DNA of 58,016 nucleotides from a bacterium (GCA_030647265.1 JAUSJM010000034.1:1-58016); one strand, 5' to 3'; shown: positions 9,275-19,444, counted from the stretch's first letter. The notes: generated by a model not told the origin, from the sequence alone. Translations and numbers: made by a program.

Positions 9275-9454
9275 ATGGCTAAAAAAAGTAACGTTGTGAA
9301 GAAAAAAGAAAAATATGCGGTGCGCTACCACAGCCGCTGTTTGCGATGTGGCAAGACACGCTTTGTTTTTCGAAGATTTGGTTTGTGCAGAATTTGTTTT
9401 AGGGAGTTAGCCCACTTGGGCCAACTGCCGGGAGTAAAAAAGTCCAGCTGGTAA
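9275..9454 (+). CDS. rpsN: 30S ribosomal protein S14, zinc-binding type (59 aa; not in ORF track)
   Basis: [39 protein letters not shown]. Confidence 0.96.
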   Translation: MAKKSNVVKKKEKYAVRYHSRCLRCGKTRFVFRRFGLCRICFRELAHLGQLPGVKKSSW

Positions 9455-9458
9455 AAAT

Positions 9459-9854
9459 ATGGATAAAGTAGGAGACTTACTGATTAGAATAAAAAATGCC
9501 TATATGGCTTCCAGGAAGGAGACAGTTGCTCCTTACTCTAAACTGAGTTTGGCGATCTGTCAGCTTTTGGTAAAGGAAGGCTACCTGGAAAAATGTGAAG
9601 CCAAAGAGAGACAGATTAAAATATTCTTAAAATATGAAAACGATAAGACTAAAACTACCGGTAAAGCTCCGGCCTTGACTGATGTAAAAAGAGTATCTAA
9701 GCCGGGCCGCCGGGTTTATCAGGGAAATAAGCTTTTACCGAGAGTTTATAACGGTTTAGGGATAGCTATCATCTCCACTCCCAAAGGGGTGATGAGTGAT
9801 AAGCAAGCCAGAAAGGAGAAGGTAGGCGGAGAAGTCATGGCCTTCGTCTGGTAA
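9459..9854 (+). CDS. rpsH: 30S ribosomal protein S8
   Basis: DLLIRIKNA, SKPGRRVY, STPKGVM. Confidence 0.97.
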   Translation: MDKVGDLLIRIKNAYMASRKETVAPYSKLSLAICQLLVKEGYLEKCEAKERQIKIFLKYENDKTKTTGKAPALTDVKRVSKPGRRVYQGNKLLPRVYNGLGIAIISTPKGVMSDKQARKEKVGGEVMAFVW

Positions 9855-9858
9855 AGAT

Positions 9859-10413
9859 ATGAGCAGAGTAGGTAATAATCCCATTGCAGTTCCTCAAACA
9901 GTAAATGTGGAGATTGAGGGGCAAAAAGTAGCTGTCAAAGGGCCTTTAGGGGAGTTGTCTTTACACTGCCAACCCCAACTGAAGGTCGTTTTAGAGGATT
10001 CACAAATTATAGTGAAACGGAAGAAAGAAGATGCTTTTTCCCGTTCCCTGCACGGACTGACCAGGTCTTTAATTGCCAATATGGTCCAGGGAGTGGAAAA
10101 GGGTTGGGAGAAAAAACTGGAGCTTATAGGGGTAGGTTACAGGGCACAATTAAACGGAGAAAAACTAGTATTAAATGTCGGCTTTTCCCATCCTGTGGAG
10201 GTAGCAGCTCCGGAAGGCATCCGTTTTGCAGTGGCAGATAACACTAAGATCACTGTTTCCGGAATTGATAAAAGTTTAGTGGGGCAGGTTGCTGCCACCA
10301 TCAGAAAGGTCAGACCGCCTGAGCCTTACCAGGGCAAAGGAATCCGTTATGTTGGAGAATACGTTCGCCGTAAAGCGGGAAAAGCCGGTAAGGTAGGAGC
10401 AGGGGCAAAGTAA
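9859..10413 (+). CDS. rplF: 50S ribosomal protein L6
   Basis: [23 protein letters not shown]. Confidence 0.98.
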   Translation: MSRVGNNPIAVPQTVNVEIEGQKVAVKGPLGELSLHCQPQLKVVLEDSQIIVKRKKEDAFSRSLHGLTRSLIANMVQGVEKGWEKKLELIGVGYRAQLNGEKLVLNVGFSHPVEVAAPEGIRFAVADNTKITVSGIDKSLVGQVAATIRKVRPPEPYQGKGIRYVGEYVRRKAGKAGKVGAGAK

Positions 10414-10426
10414 TCAAGGAGAAACA

Positions 10427-10765
10427 ATGAAGTTAAATTTAAGACAGAAAAGGCATTTTAAAATAAGAAAGCATTTAACTGGCACTGCCTCTTGTCCCAG
10501 GCTGGCGGTTTTCCGTTCCAGCCAGCATATCTATGCCCAAATTATTGATGATAGCAAAGGTAAGACCCTGCTTTCCGGTTCTGATTTGAAATTAGATAAA
10601 AAGGGTGCAAAAATTGAAGTAGCTTTTGAGGTAGGTAAGAAACTGGGCCAGGAAGCCCTGAAAAAGGGTATTAAAGAGGTAGTTTTTGACAGAGGCGGAT
10701 TCTTATATCATGGAAGAGTAGCCAAAGTTGCCGAAGGTGCCAGGGAGGGAGGACTGAAATTTTAA
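10427..10765 (+). CDS. rplR: 50S ribosomal protein L18
   Basis: [20 protein letters not shown]. Confidence 0.98.
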   Translation: MKLNLRQKRHFKIRKHLTGTASCPRLAVFRSSQHIYAQIIDDSKGKTLLSGSDLKLDKKGAKIEVAFEVGKKLGQEALKKGIKEVVFDRGGFLYHGRVAKVAEGAREGGLKF

Positions 10766-11298
10766 TGAATCTTGATAATTTACGTAACCAGTCAGAATAT
10801 TTTGAAAAAGTAGTCCAGGTCAACCGTGTTTCCAAAAAGACCAAAGGAGGAGATAAAAGATCTCTCTCAGTACTAGTGGTTTCAGGTGATAAAAGAGGAC
10901 GGGTGGGGGTAGGACTGGGAAAAGCCTCAGATGTCCAGTCGGCAGTGAGAAAGGCCACAACTTATGCTCAAAGACATATGATTACAGTACCTTTGAAAGA
11001 CAATCACACCATTCCCCATGCTATTGTTTTAAAACACGGGGCAGCTAGGGTAATGCTCAAACCTGCACCTGTGGGAACAGGAATTATCGCCGGAGGAGCA
11101 GTGCGGGTAGTGGTGGAGGCAGCAGGCATTTCCGATATTGTTTCTAAAATTTTAGGAACCAATAACCGGGCTTCCAATGTTTATGCTACCTTAGAAGCTT
11201 TAAGCAGGCTAAAGAAAATTAACCATGAAGCTGAAAAACCTACTGAAAAGGAAGAAAATAAATCCAAAAAGAAGGAGAAGAAAGATGAAGCTGCATAA
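10765..11298 (+). CDS. rpsE: 30S ribosomal protein S5
   Basis: RVSKKTKGG, GTGIIAGGAVR. Confidence 0.97.
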   Translation: MNLDNLRNQSEYFEKVVQVNRVSKKTKGGDKRSLSVLVVSGDKRGRVGVGLGKASDVQSAVRKATTYAQRHMITVPLKDNHTIPHAIVLKHGAARVMLKPAPVGTGIIAGGAVRVVVEAAGISDIVSKILGTNNRASNVYATLEALSRLKKINHEAEKPTEKEENKSKKKEKKDEAA

Positions 11299-11725
11299 GC
11301 TGTTAAAGGTAACGGGGAAAACAAAAAAAAGACTGGGACGGGGTTTAGGATCGGGGAAAGGTAAAACTGCTACTCGGGGAACCAAGGGCCAGAAAGCTCG
11401 GGAGAAGGTGGCAATAGGGTTTATCGGGGGCACCCTGCCTTTATACAAAAAGATCCCTTATCGCCGTGGTTTAGGTAATCCTAAACGGAGTCGAAAGATG
11501 GTTCCTCTGCCTCTTGCCAAGCTTGGCGGTTTTAAATCTCAATCCAGTATTGATTTGCAGGCTTTGATTGAAAAGGGGCTGGTTGGTGAAAAAGAAGCCC
11601 GCTTTAGGGGGGTAAAGGTTGTTAATGGCGGAGAAATAACTGTGGCCTTAAAGGTTAATCTTCCTGTGACTACTGCCGCCGCTTTAAAGATTGTCAAAGC
11701 AGGAGGAACAATTATCCGTGGCTAG
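11285..11725 (+). CDS. rplO: 50S ribosomal protein L15 (start moved to ATG 11285)
   Basis: [24 protein letters not shown]. Confidence 0.96.
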   Translation: MKLHKLLKVTGKTKKRLGRGLGSGKGKTATRGTKGQKAREKVAIGFIGGTLPLYKKIPYRRGLGNPKRSRKMVPLPLAKLGGFKSQSSIDLQALIEKGLVGEKEARFRGVKVVNGGEITVALKVNLPVTTAAALKIVKAGGTIIRG

Positions 11726-13004
11726 CCTACTTGCTCCGCTTTTAGGGGCTTTCAAGATTCCCGACTTACGCCGCAAAATTATTATCACCGCCGTAGTTAT
11801 TGTAATTTACCGCATCGCCGCCCATATTCCTGTAGGAGGAGTTGATTTAGCCGCTTTAAAATCTCTTTTCGAAAGTAACCAATTTTTAGGGCTGCTGGAT
11901 ATTTTTTCCGGCGGTACTTTAGGAAACTTTTCTATTATATCTTTGGGGTTAAATCCTTACATCAATGCCTCCATTATTATGCAGCTTTTAACGATGGTTT
12001 TCCCCTCCCTGGAAGCCCTTTCTAAAGAAGGGGAATTTGGGAGGCAGAAAATTAACCAATATACAAGATATCTGACAGTTCCTTTGGCTGTTCTGCAATC
12101 AGTGGGAATGTTTACTCTCTTGAAAAACCAGGGCATTGTTCCTCAGGCTATTCCCCTTAGTATCCTGGCTATTATTGTTGCTATGACAGCGGGGACGATC
12201 TTTGCCATGTGGTTGGGAGAGTTGATTACTGAGTATGGAGTAGGCAACGGTATCTCTTTGCTTATCTTTGCCGGCATTGTAGCTCAGGCGCCGGTCGCTT
12301 TTACCCAGACCATCTCTATTGCCGATCAACAGCAGATATTAAACTTATTGCTTTTTGGCGCCCTGGGTTTAGCTATTACTGCGGGTATCGTCTTTATAAA
12401 CGAAGGCAGGAGGCAGATTATGGTCCAGTATGCCCGGAGATTTCTGGGAGGCAGGGAGGTGGGAGGATCGTCTACTTACTTACCACTCCGAGTTAATCAA
12501 GCAGGGGTAATACCTATAATCTTTGCCGTTTCTTTGGTACTTATTCCCTCCTTTGCCGGTCAATATTTGTCTTCGGTAAACCAACCGATGCTGCAGTCAG
12601 TAGGCCGATGGTTTTTGACTTACTTTACGGTTAACTCCTGGGCCTATAATCTAACCTACTTTATCTTGGTTATCGGTTTTACCTACTTTTACACGGCGGT
12701 GGTTTTTAATCCCGGTAAAATTTCCGAAGAGATTAAAAAATCCGGAGCTTTTATTCCCGGTATTAGGCCGGGGACAGCCACTGCTGCATATTTAAACTAT
12801 ATTTTGCTCCGAATTACCTTGGCAGGGGCGGTCTTTTTGGGCTTAGTGGCCATCTTGCCTTCCATTGTTTCCCAGATGACGGGGGTTACCACTCTAGCTA
12901 TCGGAGGCACCGGGCTATTGATTGTGGTCTCAGTTATTTTAGATACCGCCAAACAGTTTGAGAGCAGATTGGTGGAAAGAAATTACGAGAGGTTTTTAAC
13001 TTAA
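11718..13004 (+). CDS. secY: Preprotein translocase SecY (probable GTG start 11718)
   Basis: [28 protein letters not shown]; multiple TM helices. Confidence 0.98.
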   Translation: MASLLAPLLGAFKIPDLRRKIIITAVVIVIYRIAAHIPVGGVDLAALKSLFESNQFLGLLDIFSGGTLGNFSIISLGLNPYINASIIMQLLTMVFPSLEALSKEGEFGRQKINQYTRYLTVPLAVLQSVGMFTLLKNQGIVPQAIPLSILAIIVAMTAGTIFAMWLGELITEYGVGNGISLLIFAGIVAQAPVAFTQTISIADQQQILNLLLFGALGLAITAGIVFINEGRRQIMVQYARRFLGGREVGGSSTYLPLRVNQAGVIPIIFAVSLVLIPSFAGQYLSSVNQPMLQSVGRWFLTYFTVNSWAYNLTYFILVIGFTYFYTAVVFNPGKISEEIKKSGAFIPGIRPGTATAAYLNYILLRITLAGAVFLGLVAILPSIVSQMTGVTTLAIGGTGLLIVVSVILDTAKQFESRLVERNYERFLT

Positions 13005-13005
13005 G

Positions 13006-13542
13006 GTGAAGGTCATGATTACCGGTCCGCAAGGATCAGGAAAAACCACCCAAGCAAAAGCTTTAGCCAAAAAGTTAGGACTGTGTTTGATAGAGGTGGG
13101 TGCTATGCTGCGGGAGAGAGTTAAAAAGGGCGATCCTTGGAGTCTGGAGGTCAGGAAAACCTTAGACGAGGGGCAGCTGATGGACGATCAGCTGGTTTCC
13201 CGTTTAGTGAAAAAAAGGATTTCTGAGAGTGATTGCCAGCAGGGATTTGTCAGTGACGGCTACCCCCGGACTTTCTCTCAACATCTGGAATGCGATGCAG
13301 GATTTGATAAAGTCTTATATTTAAAAATTTCCGACGAGGAAGCGATAAAAAGACTGCTAAAAAGAGGCCGGGAAGATGACAACCTGCCGGCGATTGAAAA
13401 AAGATTAACTTGGTATCACGAGGAGACGAAACCACTTTTGGATTATTACCAGGACTTAGGGATTTTGGTGACTATCAACGGCGAGCGACCCATAAAGGAG
13501 GTAGCAAAAGAGATCGAAGGGTATTTTAAGGACCAACCATGA
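13006..13542 (+). CDS. adk: Adenylate kinase, short-LID type
   Basis: GPQGSGKTT, DGYPRT, RGREDD. Confidence 0.93.
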   Translation: MKVMITGPQGSGKTTQAKALAKKLGLCLIEVGAMLRERVKKGDPWSLEVRKTLDEGQLMDDQLVSRLVKKRISESDCQQGFVSDGYPRTFSQHLECDAGFDKVLYLKISDEEAIKRLLKRGREDDNLPAIEKRLTWYHEETKPLLDYYQDLGILVTINGERPIKEVAKEIEGYFKDQP

Positions 13543-14309
13543 AGGGGATGATCAGAAGCCAGAAGGAGTTGGAACTGATGAAGCAAAGCGGAAAGATCAC
13601 CGCTTTGGCTTTAAAGAAAGCTATAGAAAGTGCTCGCCCTGGTATTTCTTTGCTGGAGGTAGAACAGGTAGCAGAGGAGGAGATTAAAAAACTGGGGGCG
13701 GAGCCATCTTTTAGGAGTGTGCCTGGTTATCATTGGACAACCTGTCTGACAGTCAATGATGAAGTGGTTCATGGCCTGCCCCGGGATATAAAGCTACGGG
13801 TAGGAGATGTTTTAGGTATAGATGTGGGAGCACTTTTTAAAGGCTGGCATACAGATTCTGCTTGGTCGGTACTGGTGGGAGGGGGTTTAGATAAGGGGTT
13901 GGCAGAGAAAAAGAGGTTTTTGCAAGTTGGGGAAGATGTTTTATGGAAAGCTATCTCTCAAGCGGTAGAAGGAAAAAGAGTAGGTGATATTTCAGCTACT
14001 ATTCAGCAGGGGATAGAAAGGCAGGGATATTCGGTGGTTAGAAGCTATGCCGGGCATGGAGTAGGCAGATATGGCCATGAGGAGCCGGAGATACCGGAGT
14101 ACGGCAGTTTCGGTAGAGGGTTGCTTTTGAAGGCAGGGATGACTTTGGCTGTCGAGGTAATTTATGCTTCCGGTAGGGGTGAGGTTTTTGAGACGGGGGA
14201 TGGTTGGACAGTAGCTACCAGGGACAGAAGCCTGGGAGGGCTTTTTGAGATGACGGTTATTGTAGGTAAGAACAAACCGGAGGTTCTGACTGATTGGAGA
14301 AACTCATAG
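13539..14309 (+). CDS. map: Methionine aminopeptidase type I
   Basis: NDEVVHGLP, HTDSA, GHGVG, HEEP. Confidence 0.96.
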   Translation: MKGMIRSQKELELMKQSGKITALALKKAIESARPGISLLEVEQVAEEEIKKLGAEPSFRSVPGYHWTTCLTVNDEVVHGLPRDIKLRVGDVLGIDVGALFKGWHTDSAWSVLVGGGLDKGLAEKKRFLQVGEDVLWKAISQAVEGKRVGDISATIQQGIERQGYSVVRSYAGHGVGRYGHEEPEIPEYGSFGRGLLLKAGMTLAVEVIYASGRGEVFETGDGWTVATRDRSLGGLFEMTVIVGKNKPEVLTDWRNS

Positions 14310-14365
14310 TAGTGTTGCCTTTTGAATCTAGGTTTGGTAAAATTATTCACTGTGCCTAAAAAATC

Positions 14366-14620
14366 ATGGATGATCAGAGTTTAAACAAAGATGTTATTGA
14401 GGTAGAAGGAAAAGTACTGGAAGTGTTGCCCAACACTATGTTCCGGGTGGAGATTGATAAATCTGAGGTTCCGGAACTTTTAGGGAGGGTGATTTTAGCT
14501 CATATTTCCGGTAAAATGCGCATGCACTATATCAGGCTGCTAACAGGAGACAGGGTCAAACTGGAGATGAGTCCGAAGTATGATATAGACAAAGGAAGAA
14601 TTACTTTTAGATTAAGGTGA
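14366..14620 (+). CDS. infA: Translation initiation factor IF-1
   Basis: [22 protein letters not shown]. Confidence 0.98.
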   Translation: MDDQSLNKDVIEVEGKVLEVLPNTMFRVEIDKSEVPELLGRVILAHISGKMRMHYIRLLTGDRVKLEMSPKYDIDKGRITFRLR

Positions 14621-14627
14621 CGCTTTG

Positions 14628-14664
14628 CGTCATCCTGAGGAGCCATTAAGGCGACGAAGGATCT
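14628..14664. repeat. REP-like CCTGAG...CGAAGG hairpin between infA and rpmJ
   Basis: CGTCATCCTGAGGAGCCATTAAGGCGACGAAGGATCT. Confidence 0.65.
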
Positions 14665-14675
14665 AGAAAGAATAT

Positions 14676-14792
14676 ATGAAAGTGCAAGCTAGTATAAAAA
14701 CAAGGTGTAAGTTTTGTAAAATAGTAAAACGGGAAGGCATTTTATATGTCATCTGTCCCCGTGATCCAAGACATAAACAAAGACAAGGATAA
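14676..14792 (+). CDS. rpmJ: 50S ribosomal protein L36 (38 aa; not in ORF track)
   Basis: [38 protein letters not shown]. Confidence 0.96.
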   Translation: MKVQASIKTRCKFCKIVKREGILYVICPRDPRHKQRQG

Positions 14793-14796
14793 AAAT

Positions 14797-15246
14797 ATGG
14801 AAATATTACAAATGTTACAGAATTTTCAGCAAGGTCCGAAAGATCCGATGGAATTTGGAGCAAGCTGTTTAAAGTCGGCAGAAAGACGGGTAAGAAGTGG
14901 TTGGAATAACAATATATCAATTGTTTTCGCGGATAGAAGTGGGATGCCTCAATTAACAGTTCCGATGATAGATAATAAAGATAATGTTTTAGATTTTACT
15001 GAGGCGGAAGTAGATCAATTAGTAGGAGAGAGGTGGTTACTAGGAGAGCATGGAGAGATTGAGGGCAGATGGGTAGTTTGTGACGGGGGGAGAAAGAAGC
15101 GTGTGTTAGAGTATAATGGTTCTTCGAAAGGTGATTTTTCTTGGATTTTAAGGAAATACACTTTAGATAATAATTCTCTGCTTGCAAGTATTGTCTCAAG
15201 CGTAAGGCTTGAATGGGTAATGATAAGGAGTGGATTATACGCATAA
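14797..15246 (+). CDS. Orphan hypothetical protein (149 aa) between rpmJ and rpsM
   Basis: Open frame filling the gap exactly; no recognised motif. Confidence 0.7.
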   Translation: MEILQMLQNFQQGPKDPMEFGASCLKSAERRVRSGWNNNISIVFADRSGMPQLTVPMIDNKDNVLDFTEAEVDQLVGERWLLGEHGEIEGRWVVCDGGRKKRVLEYNGSSKGDFSWILRKYTLDNNSLLASIVSSVRLEWVMIRSGLYA

Positions 15247-15249
15247 AAT

Positions 15250-15642
15250 ATGGCGAGAATTGCAGGAGTAAACCTACCGGATCAAAAAAGAGTGGATATC
15301 GGACTAACTTATATCTTTGGTATAGGACGGTCAAACGTGGTTCAGGTGTTAGAGACAGCTAAGGTAGAAGCTTCCAAAAAGGTCAAAGATTTAACGGAAG
15401 AGGAAATTGGAAGATTGCAGAAAGCGTTGGACCAGTTTAGAGTGGAAGGAGATTTAAGACAGTTTATCAGCCAAAATATCAGAAGACTGGAAGATATCGG
15501 TTCTTATCGGGGGCTAAGGCACAGGAGGGGCTTACCGGTAAGGGGCCAAAGGACCAGGTCCAATTCCAGGACCAGGAAAGGTAAAAGAAAGACGGTTGGT
15601 ACAGTAAGGAAGGAAATTGTAACCAAGGTGGGAAGCAAATAA
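15250..15642 (+). CDS. rpsM: 30S ribosomal protein S13
   Basis: [24 protein letters not shown]. Confidence 0.98.
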   Translation: MARIAGVNLPDQKRVDIGLTYIFGIGRSNVVQVLETAKVEASKKVKDLTEEEIGRLQKALDQFRVEGDLRQFISQNIRRLEDIGSYRGLRHRRGLPVRGQRTRSNSRTRKGKRKTVGTVRKEIVTKVGSK

Positions 15643-15643
15643 T

Positions 15644-16045
15644 ATGGCTAAAAAACAGACAATAAAAACCAGAGCAGTAAAAAAGAGTGCCCCGAAGCAG
15701 GTTTTTGCGGGAAGAGTTTATGTTACTGCCACCTTTAATAACACTTTAGTGACTTTAACCGATAACCAAGGTAACTCTTTAGCCTGGGGTTCTGCCGGAG
15801 CCTCCGGTTTTAAGGGAGCCAGAAAAGCTACCCCCTTTGCTGCTATCACTGCAGTGGAGAGTGTTGTCAGTAAAGGAAAAGAGTTGGGAATGAACTCTGT
15901 TGAGGTTTACATTAAAGGACCGGGGCCGGGAAGAGATGCTGCCATCAGAGCTTTGAGAAGTGCCGGTTTAAATATCACCATGATTGCCGATGTCACCCCG
16001 ATTCCCTATAACGGGCCAAGGGCTAAGAAAAAGAGGAGAGTTTAA
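15644..16045 (+). CDS. rpsK: 30S ribosomal protein S11
   Basis: TFNNT, GPGPGRDAA, DVTPIP. Confidence 0.98.
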   Translation: MAKKQTIKTRAVKKSAPKQVFAGRVYVTATFNNTLVTLTDNQGNSLAWGSAGASGFKGARKATPFAAITAVESVVSKGKELGMNSVEVYIKGPGPGRDAAIRALRSAGLNITMIADVTPIPYNGPRAKKKRRV

Positions 16046-16046
16046 A

Positions 16047-16652
16047 GTGGCAAGATACACCGGACCGAAAAGAAGATTAAGCAGAAGAGAAGGTACTGCC
16101 CTTTTTGCCAAGGATTTGGCTTATTTGGAAAGAAAAGGGGCTGTTCCCCCCGGACAACACGGAACAGGTAGAGCCCGCCGGAAGGTTTCTGAGTACGGTA
16201 TTCAACTTAGAGAAAAACAAAAAGCAAAAAGAATTTACGGACTTTTAGAAAGGCAGTTTGCCAAGTATTACCAAATTGCCAGTAGGAAGCGCGGTAATAC
16301 CGGCCAGGCACTCCTTGAGCTTTTAGAAACCCGTTTGGATAATGTAGTTTACCGCTTAGGTTTTACCACTTCAAGGGCTTCAGCCAGACAGATGGTTTCC
16401 CACGGGCATATCAAGATAGACGGCAAAAAAGTGAATATTCCCTCCTTTCAAGTTAAACCGGGAATAACTGTTGCTATTTTAGATAAAATGTTGGATAATA
16501 CTCAGGTTAAAAAGAGTTTGGAAGAGAGTCAAACCTTGCCAGAGTGGCTTCAGAGGAAGGCTACAGTGGGCAAGGTTTTACGAGTACCCACCAGAGATGA
16601 GATGGAGCCGGGGATTAACGAGCAGATGATTGTGGAATACTACAGCAGATAA
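16047..16652 (+). CDS. rpsD: 30S ribosomal protein S4 (GTG start 16047)
   Basis: ARYTGP, LETRLDNVVYRLG, IVEYYSR. Confidence 0.98.
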   Translation: MARYTGPKRRLSRREGTALFAKDLAYLERKGAVPPGQHGTGRARRKVSEYGIQLREKQKAKRIYGLLERQFAKYYQIASRKRGNTGQALLELLETRLDNVVYRLGFTTSRASARQMVSHGHIKIDGKKVNIPSFQVKPGITVAILDKMLDNTQVKKSLEESQTLPEWLQRKATVGKVLRVPTRDEMEPGINEQMIVEYYSR

Positions 16653-16659
16653 ATAGAGA

Positions 16660-17571
16660 ATGATTAACTTTAAAATTACAAAACAAGATGAAAATGACAA
16701 ATCGGGCTCTTTCGTCATTGAGCCTTTAGAGAGAGGATTTGGTCATACCGTGGGTAACTGTTTAAGACGGGTGCTTCTGACCAACCTGGAAGGAGCAGCT
16801 ATTATTTCTATTAAGCTTGACGGAGTGGCTCATCCTTTTTCTACCATCTCCGGTATTTCTGAAGATGTTATGCAAATAATCCTCAACCTGAAAAAAGTAA
16901 GGTTAAAGGTCTTTTCCGATAACCCTGTAAGGTTGGTGCTGAAAGCTTCCGGTAAAGGTGATATCAGAGCTCGGGATATTGATGCTTTGGGAGGCGGAGA
17001 GATTATTAACCCCGATTTACATATTGCTTCTTTGACCTCTCCTTCCGCCAAGTTTAATCTGGAGATGATGGCAGATAAAGGAGTGGGTTATGTCGGAGCT
17101 GATGAGAAGAAAACTTCCGAGATTGGTGTCATTCCCATTGATTCCATCTATACTCCGGTGACTTCTGTAACTTACAAGGTGGAAGCAACCCGTGTTGGCC
17201 GAAGTACTAACTTTGATAAGTTGACCATTAGTATCACCACAGATGGTACCATTACTCCGGAAGAGGCTTTAATGTCCAGCGCCAAGTCCCTAAGCTCCTA
17301 TTTTAAACAGCTTTACGAACCGGTTTTTGATGGCGAAGAGGGTATACCGGTAGCTGCTGTTTCTGATGATACCTTAAAGATGAGTGTAGAAGAGTTAGAT
17401 CTGCCGGTTCGAATTACCAATGCTTTGAAAGCAGTGGAGATTGACAGTGTAGGACAGCTTATTAGCACTCCCAAAGTGGTACTTTTAAAGACCAAGAACC
17501 TGGGAGTACAATCTCTCGGTTTAATTTCTCAAAAGCTTACAGAAAGGGGCTTGAGTTTAAGTGAGGCATAG
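16660..17571 (+). CDS. rpoA: RNA polymerase alpha subunit
   Basis: EPLERGFGHTVGNCLRRVLL, KNLG. Confidence 0.97.
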   Translation: MINFKITKQDENDKSGSFVIEPLERGFGHTVGNCLRRVLLTNLEGAAIISIKLDGVAHPFSTISGISEDVMQIILNLKKVRLKVFSDNPVRLVLKASGKGDIRARDIDALGGGEIINPDLHIASLTSPSAKFNLEMMADKGVGYVGADEKKTSEIGVIPIDSIYTPVTSVTYKVEATRVGRSTNFDKLTISITTDGTITPEEALMSSAKSLSSYFKQLYEPVFDGEEGIPVAAVSDDTLKMSVEELDLPVRITNALKAVEIDSVGQLISTPKVVLLKTKNLGVQSLGLISQKLTERGLSLSEA

Positions 17572-18094
17572 AGTTTATGGTAAACACCTTGGACGCGATA
17601 AAGATGAACGAAGGTCTCTTTTTAGGGGCTTAGTCCGCGAACTCTTCATCCACGAAAGTATAGTCACCACCCAAGCCAAAGCCAAAGCTATAAAAGGCTT
17701 GGTAGACCGTTTAATTAGCAAGAGCAGGAAAGATGATTTGACTTCCAAACATCTGGCTGGAGAGTTTTTGTCTTCAAAAGAAATTACTAAGAAGCTTCTG
17801 GAAGAGATTGCTCCCCGTTATAAAGAAAGAACCTCCGGTTTTACCAATTTGGTGAAGTTAGGGCAAAGGGCTGGAGACGGGGCCATGCTGGTCAAGATGA
17901 GCTTGGTCCAGGAAGACAAGAAAAAGTTATTAGCTGTCAGTCGCTCGCCTCGCTTCGGCGAAGCGGGTCAGTCGTCAGATACTAGTCAATCGGTTGTCGG
18001 TGAGTCTGTAACAGAGGAACAGAAAACTGATAAACCAAAACCTAAAAATCGAAAACCGAAAACAGGTAATAAGAAAGCAAAGGGGAAGAAATAA
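17561..18094 (+). CDS. rplQ: 50S ribosomal protein L17 with repeat-containing C-terminal tail
   Basis: [24 protein letters not shown]. Confidence 0.96.
   Translation: MRHRVYGKHLGRDKDERRSLFRGLVRELFIHESIVTTQAKAKAIKGLVDRLISKSRKDDLTSKHLAGEFLSSKEITKKLLEEIAPRYKERTSGFTNLVKLGQRAGDGAMLVKMSLVQEDKKKLLAVSRSPRFGEAGQSSDTSQSVVGESVTEEQKTDKPKPKNRKPKTGNKKAKGKK
17930..18067. repeat. Palindrome plus heptamer arrays in the rplQ tail
   Basis: CTCGCCTCGCTTCGGCGAAGCGGG (17944-17967) between two TCAGTCG units; degenerate 7-mer array at 18027-18067. Confidence 0.7.
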
Positions 18095-18096
18095 TT

Positions 18097-18525
18097 ATGT
18101 CTACTAACAGGTTATCTATCAAAGAGATACGAAGAGAGTGGCATTTAGTGGATGCTAAAAATAAAGTGCTGGGAAGATTGGCTACCGAGGTGGCTACCAT
18201 CCTGATGGGAAAAAATAAACCTAACTTTGTGCCTTACTTAGACACAGGGGATAGTGTGGTGGTTATTAATGCCGAAAAGGTGGCAGTGACCGGTAAAAAA
18301 GAAAAGCAAAAAGTGTACACCCGCCATTCAGGTTATCCTGGAGGATTAAAGCAAGCAACCTTAGATAAAGTGCGGGCTGCTAAACCGGAAGAGGTTGTTT
18401 TTCATGCGGTAAAAGGGATGGTGCCGAAAACTAAACTTGGCAGGCAGATGATAAAAAAGTTACATGTATATGCCGGTTTAGAACACCCATTTAAAAACCG
18501 ATTAAAGGAGCAGGATGGCAAATAG
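18097..18525 (+). CDS. rplM: 50S ribosomal protein L13
   Basis: LGRLAT, DTGD, HSGYPGG. Confidence 0.98.
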   Translation: MSTNRLSIKEIRREWHLVDAKNKVLGRLATEVATILMGKNKPNFVPYLDTGDSVVVINAEKVAVTGKKEKQKVYTRHSGYPGGLKQATLDKVRAAKPEEVVFHAVKGMVPKTKLGRQMIKKLHVYAGLEHPFKNRLKEQDGK

Positions 18526-18916
18526 TAACAAACTCAGCCAAAGCGTAGGTAGAAGGAAAGAGTCTGTGGCCAGAGTCAGGCTGATTGAAGGTAATGGACA
18601 GATTATAATAAACAGCAAGCCAGCTGCCGAGGTTTTTCCGGGGATTATCTGGCAGAAAACCTACCAAAGGCCTTTTGAACTGACTAAAACCATCGGTAAG
18701 TACACTGCTACAGTCAAGGTGACAGGTGGGGGGACCTCCTCTCAACTTGGAGCTATTACCCATGGGATTTCCAGGTCTCTGGCCCAAATCTCTCCTGAGT
18801 TCAGATCCCAATTAAAAAAATATGGCTTTTTAACCCGGGATGCCCGAGTCAAAGAGAGAAGAAAGTACGGTTTAGCCCACAAAGCCAGGGCTAAGAAGCA
18901 ATCTCCAAAACGTTAA
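18515..18916 (+). CDS. rpsI: 30S ribosomal protein S9
   Basis: [24 protein letters not shown]. Confidence 0.98.
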   Translation: MANSNKLSQSVGRRKESVARVRLIEGNGQIIINSKPAAEVFPGIIWQKTYQRPFELTKTIGKYTATVKVTGGGTSSQLGAITHGISRSLAQISPEFRSQLKKYGFLTRDARVKERRKYGLAHKARAKKQSPKR

Positions 18917-18930
18917 GGTTTTCTCCCATC

Positions 18931-18975
18931 TTGACACAACTTTTTTACATGTATTACCCTAAATGTAGGAGGTGA
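18931..18975 (+). promoter_or_regulatory. Promoter and extended Shine-Dalgarno for a micro-ORF
   Basis: TTGACA-18 nt-TACCCT then AGGAGGTGA at 18967-18975. Confidence 0.55.
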
Positions 18976-18980
18976 TGGCT

Positions 18981-19013
18981 GTGGCTAAGAAAAAAGGTAA
19001 GAAGAAGAAATAA
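18981..19013 (+). CDS. Lysine-rich micropeptide MAKKKGKKKK
   Basis: GTG 5 nt after AGGAGGTGA; in-frame ATG at 18975 is an alternative start. Confidence 0.5.
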   Translation: MAKKKGKKKK

Positions 19014-19071
19014 AATTGTAAGCTGTATTAATGACAAAGTATAAACCCTGGAATATAATTCGAGGAGAAAC

Positions 19072-19269
19072 ATGAAACCGAAGAAGCTTTATAGGAGCCA
19101 GAAAGACAGGGTTATTACCGGGGTTTTTGGTGGACTGGGAGATTATTTTAATGTTGATGCCAATATTTTAAGATTGGCCTGGATTTTAATAACTGCTTTT
19201 ACCGGTTTTATCCCCGGGATTATAGCCTATATTTTAGCGGTTATTATTATTCCCCTGAGCGAGAAATAA
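19072..19269 (+). CDS. PspC-domain membrane protein
   Basis: KKLYRS..DRVITGVFGGLGDYFNVD..ILRL. Confidence 0.9.
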   Translation: MKPKKLYRSQKDRVITGVFGGLGDYFNVDANILRLAWILITAFTGFIPGIIAYILAVIIIPLSEK

Positions 19270-19270
19270 A

Positions 19271-19444
19271 TCTTACCAATCCCTTACCCTACAATTCAGC
19301 CAACTTCCTCTGGTGGTGTTAAGCGCGCATAGCTGTCTCCGATATAAGGAGATTTTACCTCTAGTTGATGATTATATTGAAAAACCTTTTGAACTAGATG
19401 ATTTTATAGAAAGAGTTTGTCGGGTTATCAAAAGACCAAAATAA
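19271..19444 (+). pseudogene. C-terminal half of a response-regulator receiver domain
   Basis: LPLVVLSAH...VDDYIEKPFELDDFIERV; no start codon, begins right after the PspC gene. Confidence 0.65.

Noticed and set aside
14634..14660. CTGAGGA-GCC-loop-GGC resembling a hammerhead ribozyme core
   Set aside because: The required GAAA after stem II reads GACG and no stems I/III are evident; better explained as a REP-like repeat.
14746..14796. Track start of the 166-aa ORF at 14746
   Set aside because: Overlaps the real rpmJ in another frame; ATG 14797 is more plausible.
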